64,000 nucleotides of DNA from a virus (Duplodnaviria > Caudoviricetes). The stretch lies in the IMG/VR virus record IMGVR_UViG_3300028412_000003. One strand, written 5' to 3'. The notes under the pieces are model-generated. The model worked only from the letters and a program-made list of their open reading frames with translations, ran no database searches and was not told the DNA's origin. Of the stretch, positions 1-11,500 are shown piece after piece. Every line of letters begins with the position of its first letter. Positions within the stretch are counted from its first letter, which is position 1. A program made the position numbers and the translations under genes.

Positions 1-2
1 AT

Positions 3-1397
3 CAGCAAATATCTTCTTATATAAAAAGCCAAACAACAATTGACGAATTTCAAGGACCAAGAGATGTTCTAGCTCTTCAATCATATCAAAATGATTTTTC
101 TGAATTTCAAAATTTATACAATAGTTCTGAGATAGCCCAACGAAAAGCAACAGAAGCAAGAAGTAACGTTAGTAAGATGGGTAAAGAAAAGATAATAACA
201 GGATTTGAACATGCTGGAGAAATGCCTTATGCGTTACCAGATGCAACATGGGATCCTGTAAAAAAGGTTTATTTGAGATACAATTTAGATATGCAGATAA
301 GCCAGGATAATAGAAAATACACCTTTACTTCTGGTTCAAAAATTGAACACATAATACAACAAATGATTCTAATAAGTACCTTTGCTAAAACAGCAAAAGA
401 ACAATTTAGAAATTTACCATCGGATGGAATGATTACTTGGTATCGAATTGAATCACAAGTATACATGGTAAGAGATGCAGTTCAAGAAGCAAGATCAGGT
501 AGAATACCAAAAGTTTTTGTTTATAGAGTAGTTCCTTATAAGATACATCATTCTTTCTTTACAGGAGCAAATAGAGATTCGCAAGGAATGACCTTCTTAA
601 AATCTCAAGCAGCAAAAGAATATAATTATATCTATACCGGACAAAATAAAGATGTATTAGATTTCAAATTAGAATTTAATCTAGCTTTTTATGTTGCACT
701 GGAATCAAATTCATTTAATGCAAATGCAGATTCAAAAGTAGAAATTGGCAACAATGCAATACAAACTCAAAAAGAAAAATATAAAACTCAAGAAGCTGGA
801 TCCACTCAATCAGATGATGCACAACCAATTTCTCGAACAGTTAACAACCAAGAATCTAATAGCTCTACTGCAACAGGAAATGCTTATGATACAGCAGAAG
901 ATAGAAATGCAAGACAAATAAATGATGCTTTTCTTAACAGTGCAGTTGATTTATTAGAAGTTGATTTAACAATATTGGGAGATCCTTTTTATCTTCCTAA
1001 TAGTGGATTAGGAAATTATGTAGCAGAAGATTCTGGACATTTTAATATGAAAACAGATGGTTCAATTAATTACCAAAATGGTGATGTATTTGTTAATCTT
1101 TTATTTCGAACACCTATAGATTACAACGATAATGGTACAATGGATTTTGCACAAACAAGGATTGAAAATTCAGAAGTAATAGATGGATTTAGTGGAATTT
1201 ACAAAGTCATATTAATTAAACATTCTTTTTCAAAAGGTCAATTTACACAAGAATTAAAACTCTTAAGATATCGAAATCAAACAGATAGTCAAATACCTGT
1301 TCCTCCGGTTATAGAAGAAACAGATGATCCATCGGCGGATATACAAACGACATCGAATGGTGGATATACAAACGGTGAAAAATATAGTGGCTTATAA
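3..1397 (+). CDS. Baseplate hub protein (gp27/GpD-like), 5'-truncated by window edge
   Basis: Frame is open from position 3 (QQISSYIK...) into the 177 ATG, so the true start lies upstream of the window. The C-terminal ILGDP...FRTP.D...FSGIYKV..IKHSF..GQFTQEL.L.R pattern resembles hub proteins, and the gene lies directly before the gp5-like spike. Confidence 0.6.
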   Translation, partial: QQISSYIKSQTTIDEFQGPRDVLALQSYQNDFSEFQNLYNSSEIAQRKATEARSNVSKMGKEKIITGFEHAGEMPYALPDATWDPVKKVYLRYNLDMQISQDNRKYTFTSGSKIEHIIQQMILISTFAKTAKEQFRNLPSDGMITWYRIESQVYMVRDAVQEARSGRIPKVFVYRVVPYKIHHSFFTGANRDSQGMTFLKSQAAKEYNYIYTGQNKDVLDFKLEFNLAFYVALESNSFNANADSKVEIGNNAIQTQKEKYKTQEAGSTQSDDAQPISRTVNNQESNSSTATGNAYDTAEDRNARQINDAFLNSAVDLLEVDLTILGDPFYLPNSGLGNYVAEDSGHFNMKTDGSINYQNGDVFVNLLFRTPIDYNDNGTMDFAQTRIENSEVIDGFSGIYKVILIKHSFSKGQFTQELKLLRYRNQTDSQIPVPPVIEETDDPSADIQTTSNGGYTNGEKYSGL

Positions 1398-3798
1398 TAG
1401 AACTGAATCAAGAAGTTCGAGTAACATTTCTCCTAAATTAGATGGCGGCCCTTATGAGGCCATTGTTGTTTCTCATTTAGATCCAAAATACATGGGTGGA
1501 CTCGAAGTTGAATTATTAAAGAATACATCATCCGGTAATTCTCCTCAGCGAACCGGTCAAATGGTAGAAGTACGATATTTGAGTCCCTTTTATGGAACTA
1601 CGTCAAGAGATGCAACAAAGCCCGAAAAAGGATATGAATATTCTCAAAAATCTTACGGTATGTGGTTTGTTCCGCCTGATGTAGGAACAAGGGTTCTTGT
1701 TATTTTTGCAGAAGGAAATCCCGGACAAGGATTTTGGATAGGCTGTGTACAAGACGATTATATGAATTTTATGTTACCTGGTTATGCAGCAACTTCTAGA
1801 ACGATAGATGAAACACCATCGGCTCTTAAGGGATTAAAAGTTCCGGTTGCTGAATATAATAAAAAATTAGGAACCTCATCTAACTATGCCGAAAAGAAAC
1901 CTACCGTGTTTAAAAAATCATTTCATAAAGAAATGGTATTAAATTTTATAAGACAGGGATTGTTAGAAGATGAAATAAGAGGAACTACAACGTCGAGTGC
2001 AAGAAGAGAAGTTCCTTCGGCAGTATTTGGAATTTCAACCCCAGGACCGATTGACAAGAACGGTCCAAGACATAAATTAGGTCCAGTTGATTCAAAAGCA
2101 AACATCTATGTAAACAGATTGGGTGGTTCATCTTTTGTTATGGACGACGGTGACGATAAGATATTAAGAAAAGGATCTCCCGAAAACTCACCAGCAGATT
2201 ATGTTAACGTAGAACGCGGTGAAAAAGGTGGTAACACTAAATTTCCACACAATGAATTAATAAGACTTAGGACTCGAACCGGGCATCAAATATTGATGCA
2301 TAACACTGAAGACTTGATATACATAGCAAATGCTCGAGGAACTACATGGATTGAAATGACGTCAAACGGAAAAATTGATATTTTTGCACAAGATAGTGTT
2401 TCTGTTCATTCACAACAAGATTTAAATTTAACTGCTGATAGAGATATAAATTTTACAGCATACGAAAATATGAACATAGTAGTTGGTAAAGAATTAAAGA
2501 TAGACGTTGGTGATTCAATCAGCACAACAGCAGGAACTTTTATAGCATCAAATGCAGGAGATAGTATAACAGAGAATGCAAATACCTTTATAACAAATTA
2601 TGCAAAAGAAAGTATAACTCATACTGCAGAATCTGACAATATAACCATACTTTCTGGATCTACTATTAATTTAGGTGCATTAGATGAAATTGGAATAGAA
2701 GCTAATAATAATATTAAGATAACAGCAAGCCAAGCTATGCATCTAAAATCTATAAATTCAATGTTTGTTACAACTGATCAAACTTATAATCTATATTCTA
2801 AAAATGACAGTTTTCATACTTCTGAAACTAATATACATCAAAATTCTCTACTTGATACAAGATTAACACAAGGTGGAAAAATGGATGTTAAAACAACAGG
2901 ATTGAATACAACAACCGCATTAAAGATACATCGTAATGGGCCAATAGCAGTCGAAGCAGATTCTGCACTTGAAGCAATACTTGCACCAATAGCTAATCCA
3001 ATTGAACCTGTGCCTCCATTAAGGGCAGCAACTACAGCAAGAGTTCCCGAACATGAACCATGGTATGAACACGAAAATATAAATCCTTTGAACGTTACAC
3101 CGGATAAAACAAGGGCAGGTACTCAACAAACACAAAGTTTTTCAACTCCTGTATTTGATACATTTGATACTAGAACTACTGGTATTGTAACAGCATCATT
3201 CACTACTTCAACCGAAGACAATCCATATGATGCAACACGAGCACCTCGCCCTGTAACACAACCAGTACCAAGAGCAACAAGAGGAACAACCACAGTTCCG
3301 TTAGAAGCACCAGGGGAAATCACAGCTTTAGGTTCAAAAACTCAAGCATATGTTGATGCATTAGGTCAACGTGAAAGCGGCAATTCATATGATGCAGTTA
3401 ATACAATTGGTTTTATTGGAAGGTTTCAATTTGGTACGTCTGCATTAAAAGACATTGGGTACATTAAAAGAACATCAAAGAATAGGAATAGTGCATTAGA
3501 TAATCCTGTTAATTGGACTGGAAAAAATGGTATAACAAGTAAACAGGCATTTCTCGAAGCAAAAGAAGTACAAGAACAGGCCATGATTGAATATACAAAT
3601 CTTAATTATCGTTATCTTCTTTCTAAGGGAGGATTATCAAATGATTCTCCTTTAGACGAAAAAGGAGGAATGTTAGCAGGAGCACATTTACTTGGCGCAG
3701 GCGGTATGACAAATTGGCGACGTGGAAACGGAGGACGTGATGCTTATGGAACAACAGGTGATGAATATTACAATCTTGGTAGCGGAGCAGTAACATAA
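1387..3798 (+). CDS. gp5: gp5-like baseplate central spike (OB-fold, beta-helix) with C-terminal lysozyme-like domain
   Basis: ORF track 1324-3798; likely GTG start at 1387 giving MAYNRT, like MAY- starts of neighbouring structural genes. N-terminal DP..MG.L.V..., YGMWFVPPDVGTRVLVIF...G..FW.GC (gp5/VgrG OB-fold); RLRTRTGHQI; beta-helix-like repeats; C-terminal ALGQRESG.SY.AVN.IGFIGRFQFG (lysozyme-like, catalytic Glu). Confidence 0.8.
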   Translation: MAYNRTESRSSSNISPKLDGGPYEAIVVSHLDPKYMGGLEVELLKNTSSGNSPQRTGQMVEVRYLSPFYGTTSRDATKPEKGYEYSQKSYGMWFVPPDVGTRVLVIFAEGNPGQGFWIGCVQDDYMNFMLPGYAATSRTIDETPSALKGLKVPVAEYNKKLGTSSNYAEKKPTVFKKSFHKEMVLNFIRQGLLEDEIRGTTTSSARREVPSAVFGISTPGPIDKNGPRHKLGPVDSKANIYVNRLGGSSFVMDDGDDKILRKGSPENSPADYVNVERGEKGGNTKFPHNELIRLRTRTGHQILMHNTEDLIYIANARGTTWIEMTSNGKIDIFAQDSVSVHSQQDLNLTADRDINFTAYENMNIVVGKELKIDVGDSISTTAGTFIASNAGDSITENANTFITNYAKESITHTAESDNITILSGSTINLGALDEIGIEANNNIKITASQAMHLKSINSMFVTTDQTYNLYSKNDSFHTSETNIHQNSLLDTRLTQGGKMDVKTTGLNTTTALKIHRNGPIAVEADSALEAILAPIANPIEPVPPLRAATTARVPEHEPWYEHENINPLNVTPDKTRAGTQQTQSFSTPVFDTFDTRTTGIVTASFTTSTEDNPYDATRAPRPVTQPVPRATRGTTTVPLEAPGEITALGSKTQAYVDALGQRESGNSYDAVNTIGFIGRFQFGTSALKDIGYIKRTSKNRNSALDNPVNWTGKNGITSKQAFLEAKEVQEQAMIEYTNLNYRYLLSKGGLSNDSPLDEKGGMLAGAHLLGAGGMTNWRRGNGGRDAYGTTGDEYYNLGSGAVT

Positions 3799-4556
3799 TG
3801 GCTAGGATAATAATACCTACAACTCCTTGTGTTGATCCGGCAAGATTAATAACTGAAGATGAGCTTGAAGTTTTTATACCTCAAATTAATGCTGCTGCTT
3901 TAGATGCACCCGGAACTGATGTAAACGGAGTTAAGGATACAGGAGCATATCATACTGGTTCACCTGCAGGGTCAGCAAGCGAAGGTAATTCTGTAGCATA
4001 TACAAATACCATAATAGAATCAAATGGAGCAGGAAGTCTTGCTAGATTAAATACTTTGTTAGTTGAAGTAGAAAGACAAGATTGGGCAGAAAACGGATCT
4101 AATCCTCGTATACTCGAAGCACTTGCAGTAGCAGGATATGATAGAACAAATGACAGAAAAACTTCTTGGTGTGCAGCCTTTATGTCGTGGGCCTTAGTTC
4201 AAGCAGGATTTGAAGGTTTAAGAACAGGTAGTTCACAAGCATATAAATCATATGGTTCACCAGTAGACTGGAGGACTTGGTCTAATGTTCGCAAGAATGA
4301 TATAATTGTTTTCAAAAGCAGAAAAGGTCCCGGGGGACATGTTGGATTTGTAGATCGATATATTCCTTCAACTAACAGAGTTAGGGTGTTTGGTGGCAAC
4401 CAAGCTGATAGAGTAAAATATTCAAATTTTTCTGTAAATGGTAATTTATATGTAACTGACGTAAGAAGAATAACGGAAATATCCGATATACCAGATACTG
4501 GACCAACGTTTGATGAAAAAGAATTTTTATCACCGTCTAAAACCCTAAGCGCATAA
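3798..4556 (+). CDS. CHAP/NlpC-P60-like peptidoglycan hydrolase (TIGR02594-like)
   Basis: SWCAAFMSWAL (catalytic Cys), DIIVF...GGHVGF (His) and GGNQ.D.V motifs. Confidence 0.8.
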   Translation: MARIIIPTTPCVDPARLITEDELEVFIPQINAAALDAPGTDVNGVKDTGAYHTGSPAGSASEGNSVAYTNTIIESNGAGSLARLNTLLVEVERQDWAENGSNPRILEALAVAGYDRTNDRKTSWCAAFMSWALVQAGFEGLRTGSSQAYKSYGSPVDWRTWSNVRKNDIIVFKSRKGPGGHVGFVDRYIPSTNRVRVFGGNQADRVKYSNFSVNGNLYVTDVRRITEISDIPDTGPTFDEKEFLSPSKTLSA

Positions 4557-4559
4557 TGG

Positions 4560-4574
4560 ATAAGTATTAATATG
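4560..4574 (+). promoter_or_regulatory. Late-promoter-like element ATAAGTA plus short leader before gp25
   Basis: ATAAGTATTAATATG; the identical 15-mer precedes the radical SAM gene at 43330. Confidence 0.5.
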
Positions 4575-5018
4575 GCAGCGCTCGAAAAAAACTTAATCAA
4601 ACGTGTAAATGTATCATCAGGAAATTATCCTGATTCGGTAGTAAAAGGACGTGCTTACAGAGGACTTAGTACAGTTGATCCTAATCGGAGAAGTCTCCGA
4701 TTATATGATCTTGAATTAATTAAACAGGATCTTATAAATCATTTTCATATAAGACAAGGCGAAAAACTTGAAAATCCAGAATTTGGAACAATTATATGGG
4801 ATATAATATTCGAACCATTAACTGATGACTTAAAGGAAGCAGTAGCCGAAAACGTAACCACTATCGTTAACTATGATCCAAGAGTAGTAGTTAATCAAGT
4901 TACGGTTGATTCCTACGAAAGTGGAATACAAATTGAGTGTGATCTCACATATCTCCCTTATAATATTTCTGAATCTATGCAATTTCGATTTGATAGAGAA
5001 AACGGACTAATTTCTTAA
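4572..5018 (+). CDS. gp25: Baseplate wedge subunit gp25-like
   Basis: LIKQDL.NHF.IRQGEK..NPEFGT.IWD.IFEP....I...V..IV.YDPRV pattern of the gp25/GpW family; located between spike and gp6. Confidence 0.85.
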   Translation: MAALEKNLIKRVNVSSGNYPDSVVKGRAYRGLSTVDPNRRSLRLYDLELIKQDLINHFHIRQGEKLENPEFGTIIWDIIFEPLTDDLKEAVAENVTTIVNYDPRVVVNQVTVDSYESGIQIECDLTYLPYNISESMQFRFDRENGLIS

Positions 5019-5047
5019 TAGAAATAACAGAGCACTTTTCTATTCTT

Positions 5048-5056
5048 AATAAATAC
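5048..5056 (+). promoter_or_regulatory. T4-type late-promoter-like element (AATAAATAC) before gp6
   Basis: Resembles T4 TATAAATA; the same AATAAATAC occurs at 23637. Confidence 0.55.
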
Positions 5057-5078
5057 ATTATAATAGGAGAATGAGTGT

Positions 5079-8000
5079 ATGTCGGCTACAGATCGTCAAA
5101 ATAGACTCCTCGTAGCAGAGGATTGGAAAAGGGTTTATCAAACATTTCGTAATGCAGATTTTCAAAGTTATGACTTTGACAATCTTCGCAGGACGATGAT
5201 TTCATATTTGAGAGAAAACTATCCTGAAGATTTTAACGATTATATTGAAAGTAGCGAATACCTTGCGTTAATTGATCTTATTGCATTCCTTGGACAAAAT
5301 CTTTCTTTCCGTATAGATCTAAATGCAAGAGAAAACTTTATTGAATTAGCAGAAAGAAGAGAATCAATCTTAAGATTGGCTCGATTGCTATCATATAATG
5401 TTAAAAGAAACCAAGCAGCAAACGGATTATTAAAATTTGATTCTGTTAGCACAACGGAAACATTACTTGATTCTAATAATTTCAATTTAGCAGGACAAAC
5501 AATTGTATGGAATGATCCGTCTAATTCAGATTGGTACGAGCAATTTATTAAAATAATGAATTCTGCATTACCAGTTAATGGCACGTTTGGTCGCCCTGAC
5601 AAGAAAGATACAGTAGCAGGAATACCAACTGAACAATATCGTTTTAATGCTATCAACACAGATCTTCCAATTTATAAATTTTCTAAATCAGTTGAAGGAA
5701 TAGATACACCTTTTGAAATAGTTTCAACTGATTTAGAAGACGGTGAAATAAAAGAAGAATTGCCTATTCTTGCAAATAGTCTTGCTTGTTTATACAGAGA
5801 TGATGGTCGAGGAGCAGGTTCTTCTAATACAGGATTTTTCAGTCATTTCCGTCAAGGAGTATTAGATCAAGGAATTTTTACAATCAATAATACAGTACCT
5901 AATCAAATTATTGGTGTAGATGCAAGGAATATTAATAACTCTGATGTTTGGTTATATCAATTAAATGATCAAGGTTCTGAAACAGAATACTGGACTAAGG
6001 TTGAAGCAATTGAAGGAAATAACGTAATCTATAACAGTTTGAACAAAGGCATAAGAAATTTTTATTCTGTTCTTACTAGGTCAGACGATAGAATCAATCT
6101 TATTTTTAGCGACGGCGTCTTTGGTAATCTACCAAAAGGAACATTCCGTGTATATTATCGTACTTCTGCTAACCGTCGAGTAATTGTTCAAACTCCAGAT
6201 ATGCAAAATATTAGTATATCTATTCCTTATCTTTCAAGAAACGGTACAGTTGAAACATTATCAATTGGACTTTCTCTAAAGGCAACAGTTGATAACGGAG
6301 CATCAACAGAATCAAACGACAGCATTCGTTCTAATGCACCTTCTACTTATTACACACAAAATAGAATGGTAACAGCAGAAGATTATAATATTGCCCCTCT
6401 TGGAATTTCTCAAGAGATTGTAAAGGTAAAAGCAGTTAATAGGACGTCAAGTGGAATTAGTCGTTATTTTGATTTAATAGACACTAGTGGAAAATATAGC
6501 ACAGTCAATCTTTATGGAGTAGATGGTGTATTATATCGTCAAAGTATTGAAGAGAAGCAAACCTTTACTTTTGCTACACAAACAGATATTGAAGGTATAA
6601 TCTTAAACACAATTGAACCAATATTAAAAGATAGAAAAGTCTTAAATTTTTATTATAAAGAATTTCCAAGAATATTTACATCTGATTTATCTGCAACATG
6701 GGTTCAAAGTACGTCTGACACGAACCAGTCAACTGGATATCTAGAAGACGTAGATGGTCAGCCTTATACCGTTGGATCATTTACATCTAATTCTTTAAAG
6801 AGTATTGAATCCGGTACACTCTGTAAATTTATTCCACCTGCTGGTTATTATTTTAAAGCAAACGGGACTATTGATGTAGGTGACGGAACTGCTCCGGGAG
6901 CAACTCTTTATAAATGGACAAAGGTAATAAGTGTAAATGGTAGAGGTATCGCAGTTGACGAAACTGGTAAAGGTCCCATTGTTTTTAACGACGTTATACC
7001 ATCTAATGCAATATTAAGTGAATTAAAACCAAAATTAGCAACTTCGATAACTGCTCCGGTTAAAACACAGATTGTAGACCAAACATTTTCTTTTAATACT
7101 TTTGGATTAAGATATGATGTACCGTCAAGACAATGGAAATTAGTTGATAATACAAATATTGATATTAATTCAAATTTTTCAACAGGTAAAGCAGGAGACA
7201 CAAGCAATCAAAATCTTGATGCAAGTTGGTTAATTTTGTTTCAGACAAATGGAGAATCATATACATTAACTTATAGAGGGTTACGTTATATATTTGAAAG
7301 TGATAGAGAAATTAAGTTTTATTATGATTCTTCGGATACAATATATGATAATAGAACTGGTAATATAGTAAAAGATAAGATACAAATTATGTCAATTAAT
7401 ACACAACCTGATTCAAATTCTCCTTTCACTATTAATCATGATTGGGAAATTATTGAAGAATTTCGAGATAAAGAAGGATACGTAGATTCAAAGAAAATAC
7501 AAATTAGTTTCTTTGATAGCGACAACGATGGTGTAGTAGATGATATTGATATATTTGACGAAATTGTAAATCAATCAGTTAATGCCAATACTAAGTATAT
7601 TTTTGAAAAATCTTATAGGACATCAGACGGTGTAGAAGATTATCGTTATATTTCTCAGTCAGATGCAGGTATTTTGGTTGTTTCTTTTGAGCAAGACATA
7701 GGAGCGTTAAGTCAATATCAAGAGGGTGATATATTTTATGTTTCTAGTACCAATGTTTTTAAGGTAGTAGACCTAACTAACATAAGACTTGAAACTATTT
7801 CCGGATACAGAGCATATGTAGGACGTGATAATTTACGTTTCTATTATGTTCATGCAGCTGATTCAAATTCAAGAATTGATCCGGCAGTGAGTAATATAAT
7901 GGATGTTTATATGCTAACACGTCGATATGATTCTTCATTTCGCAACTACCTTGATGGAACTACATCTACTATTCCTCTACCACCTAGTTCTGATGAATTA

Positions 8001-8534
8001 TATCGTAATTTTGGACAACAGTTAAATCAAATTAAAACCATAAGTGACGAAGTAATTTATAATTCGGTTAAGTATAAGATATTGTTTGGTACAAAAGCAA
8101 AATCAGATCTAAGAGCTACATTTAAGATAGTAAAGAATCCAGACTTGGTAGTTAATGATAACGACGTTAAAACTCAAGTAATTGAAGCAATGAATCAATA
8201 TTTTGCTCTTGAAAATTGGGAATTTGGAGAGACTTTTTACTTTAGCGAATTGTCAACGTATGTAATGAATCAACTTGCTCCTGATGTAGTATCCTTTGTT
8301 ATTGTACCAATTCAAACATCACAAGCATTTGGTAGTTTGTTTGAAATTCGTTCTGAAGCAGATGAAGTTTTTATATCTGGGGCAACAGTTGACGATGTTC
8401 AAATAATTGATGCTATAACCGCAACTAGATTGCAAGCAGGAGGACTAGTGGTAACATCTAGCGTAGATCCTAATACAGGAATTCAAAGTAATACACTATC
8501 AACAATAAGCATAACTGGAGGAACTAGTTTCTAA
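5079..8534 (+). CDS. gp6: Baseplate wedge subunit gp6-like
   Basis: DFDNLR..MI.YL...YPEDFNDY.ESS....LIDL.A, A..RESILRLA..L.Y.., FSDGVFG.LP, ES..SIR..AP..Y.TQNRMVTA.DY motifs of gp6/baseplate-J-like proteins; SD GGAG upstream. Confidence 0.85.
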   Translation: MSATDRQNRLLVAEDWKRVYQTFRNADFQSYDFDNLRRTMISYLRENYPEDFNDYIESSEYLALIDLIAFLGQNLSFRIDLNARENFIELAERRESILRLARLLSYNVKRNQAANGLLKFDSVSTTETLLDSNNFNLAGQTIVWNDPSNSDWYEQFIKIMNSALPVNGTFGRPDKKDTVAGIPTEQYRFNAINTDLPIYKFSKSVEGIDTPFEIVSTDLEDGEIKEELPILANSLACLYRDDGRGAGSSNTGFFSHFRQGVLDQGIFTINNTVPNQIIGVDARNINNSDVWLYQLNDQGSETEYWTKVEAIEGNNVIYNSLNKGIRNFYSVLTRSDDRINLIFSDGVFGNLPKGTFRVYYRTSANRRVIVQTPDMQNISISIPYLSRNGTVETLSIGLSLKATVDNGASTESNDSIRSNAPSTYYTQNRMVTAEDYNIAPLGISQEIVKVKAVNRTSSGISRYFDLIDTSGKYSTVNLYGVDGVLYRQSIEEKQTFTFATQTDIEGIILNTIEPILKDRKVLNFYYKEFPRIFTSDLSATWVQSTSDTNQSTGYLEDVDGQPYTVGSFTSNSLKSIESGTLCKFIPPAGYYFKANGTIDVGDGTAPGATLYKWTKVISVNGRGIAVDETGKGPIVFNDVIPSNAILSELKPKLATSITAPVKTQIVDQTFSFNTFGLRYDVPSRQWKLVDNTNIDINSNFSTGKAGDTSNQNLDASWLILFQTNGESYTLTYRGLRYIFESDREIKFYYDSSDTIYDNRTGNIVKDKIQIMSINTQPDSNSPFTINHDWEIIEEFRDKEGYVDSKKIQISFFDSDNDGVVDDIDIFDEIVNQSVNANTKYIFEKSYRTSDGVEDYRYISQSDAGILVVSFEQDIGALSQYQEGDIFYVSSTNVFKVVDLTNIRLETISGYRAYVGRDNLRFYYVHAADSNSRIDPAVSNIMDVYMLTRRYDSSFRNYLDGTTSTIPLPPSSDELYRNFGQQLNQIKTISDEVIYNSVKYKILFGTKAKSDLRATFKIVKNPDLVVNDNDVKTQVIEAMNQYFALENWEFGETFYFSELSTYVMNQLAPDVVSFVIVPIQTSQAFGSLFEIRSEADEVFISGATVDDVQIIDAITATRLQAGGLVVTSSVDPNTGIQSNTLSTISITGGTSF

Positions 8535-11500
8535 TGGCTTACGACAATAATCAAAATGAATACCCAATAAACCCAGAAAAGCCTGATCGTAGTGTTAAAA
8601 GTACACAATTCCTCCCAAGATTTTTTCGTACACCAACTAATGAAAAATTCTTAAACGCTACCCTTGACCAAATGATACAACCCGGAGTAGCCGAAAAGCT
8701 ATCCGGATATTTTGGTCGCCGGGTTTCTAAAGCAAGAAAGAAAGATGATAGCTATGTCGGAGCAGTAACTTCTCAAAGAGAAAATTACCAATTAGAACCA
8801 GCAACAGTTATAAAAGACGATCTATCAAATGTACTCTTTTATAAAGATTACCAAGATTTTATTAATCAGACTACTGCATTCAAAGGCAATACGTCTAATC
8901 ATAATATATTAAATGCACAAGAATACTATGCTTGGAATCCAAATATTGATTGGGATAAAATTGCTAATTTTCGTGAATATTATTGGTTACCAAATGGACC
9001 ACAGCCGGTACCTGTTAGGGGTAATGCAAAAGAAGTACAATCAACTCTTACAGTAGAATTAGCAGAGCAAGGTGATAGCCTTGCCTATTTGTTTACTCCA
9101 AATGGGTTCACCCCAAACAAAACTTTAAAGTTATTTAGAGGTCAAACTTATCGTTTTCAAATTAATACCCCTAATCATCCTATAGCATTTGCTACATCTC
9201 GATCATTTACACCGGGCGAAGCCATTTTAGTTGCTACGACAGAGGGAATAAAAGCAAGTGGTCTATACGACAATGCTCCATATGACGGAGAACAATATGA
9301 TGTTGGACCTTTCGTAGTTGATCCTAATCCTGGAGGAGTAACCCCCGGAGAAGCAATTAATCGTTCACAAATATATAATGACGGTGTAACAAGATACAAC
9401 GAAGAATTTGAAGAAGTTGCTGTTGTCTATGTTGAAGAAGGATTTATTGAATTTAAAGTTCCAGAAAATGCACCAGACAAACTTTATTATATTTCAAAAA
9501 ATGATGTAAATGTAAGTGGATTTATAAAGATATATGATATTGAAGAAAATACCGAAATCAATGTAGAAGAAGAAATTATAGGAAAGCGTGCTTATAAAAC
9601 TTCAACTGGATATGATATTAGTAACGGAATGAAAATATATTTTCAAGGAGATGTAACTCCTGAAATATATTCTACAGGTGAATGGTATGTTGAAGGAGTT
9701 GGCAGTGAAATAAAGTTGATTAATTCAAATGATCTTGAAATTCCAGCTGCTTATTCAACTAATTTAGAAATACCGTTTGACACAGATGGATTTGATACAC
9801 TTCCGTATGCAAATTCGTCATCTTTTGCAGGAACGAAAGATTACATCGTTATAAACCGTGCAAGCCTTGACCGAAATGCGTGGACTCGTTATAATCGTTG
9901 GTTCCACAGAGGTGTAATAGAAACAAGTGCTATAATAAACGGAACTGAAGTAGAAGTTGACCAAGCACAGAGAGCAAAACGTCCTATTATTGAATTTGAA
10001 GCAGGATTAAAGTTATATAATTTTGGATCAGCTTCTAAAACTGATATTGCTCTTATTGATAATTTTACAACGGATGTATTTTCAACAATTGAAGGATCAA
10101 TTGGTTACAATGTAGATGGCATTGATTTAACTGAAGGACAACGTATCTTATTTACAGCAGATCCAGATAGTTTTGTTGCAAACAAAATATATGAAGTAAC
10201 CTTTGTTACTTTTGAAAACCGTCGTCAAATTGCGTTACGTGAAACTATTGATACACAACCGTTATTAAACGAAACTGTTTTGGTACAACAAGGTGTAGAA
10301 AATGCAGGACAAATTTATTTCTATAACGGGTCTAGTTGGATAAGAGGGCAAGAGAAAACAGAAATAAATCAAGAACCAAAATTTGATCTCTTTGACAAAA
10401 ACGGAATTTCTTACGCAGATCAAACTGTTTATGATGCAACAAACTTTCGTGGTAATTCTATTTTTTCCTATCGTCGAGGAACAGGAATAGTTGATACTGA
10501 ATTAGGTTTTGCCCTTTCATATCGTGCTTTTGAAAATGTAGGAGATATTGTTTTTGATTTTAATCTTTTAAATGAAAGCTATACCTATGCTCAATCAAAC
10601 ACACAAATAATGATTGATTCTAAAATAGCCTATCTTCAAAAATATTCACAGAGAGAAGAATTTAGTTATAAAAATGGCTGGACAAAAGGTCGTCGCAATA
10701 GTAGACAAAAAGTAACTAGACAATTTTTTGGTGAAGACATTGTTAATGATTTTCCTGTTGATGTCTATAACCGTAGCGGAGAGTTAAATGATCTGCGTGT
10801 TTGGGTATATGTTAACAATAACCTAAAGTTTTTTGAAATTGATTATGAAATTAATCGAATAAACGGTATTGCATATGTTCGATTTTTTACAGATTTAGTT
10901 CCGGGTGATAGAATATTAATAAAGAGTAATAGTTTAACTCCTAAAAATGATAATGGCTATTACGAAATACCAACTAACCTTGAAAGAAATCCACTTAACA
11001 ATAATATTCTTTCTTTTACACTAGGTGAAGTTAATGATCATGTTACTACGATAGTTGAAGAAGCATTTGAATTTAATGGTAATTTTCCCGGCAATTCAAA
11101 TCTAAGAGACTTGGGTGAAATAGATCAATATGGTACAAAGATAGTTAAGCATTCTGGTCCGTTTAACCTTGCTAATTTTCATATAACCGATAAAGAAAAC
11201 AATATAGTTAAGGCTTTAAGATTTAACAGAAAAGAATATGCTAAATTTAAGAGATTGTTTTTCCAAACTGCTTTTAATTTAGGATTTGATGGAACTATAA
11301 AGGAACATGTAGATAGAATTCTAGGAGAAATGAACAAGGCAAAAACCAATACTATGCCATTTTATTTCTCGGATATGTTGCCGTCTGGACCATCTAAAAA
11401 ATTAGAATATACAGTAGTAGATACAAGAAATGAATTTTTTGCTCTAACTCAGCCATTTACGCTTGGTGAACTATCACCAATTGCAGTTTTAGTTTATAAA

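Noticed and set aside
5016-5045. Terminator between gp25 and gp6
   Set aside because: Only a weak A/T-rich inverted repeat (TAGAAA...TTTCTA); stem too unstable to call.
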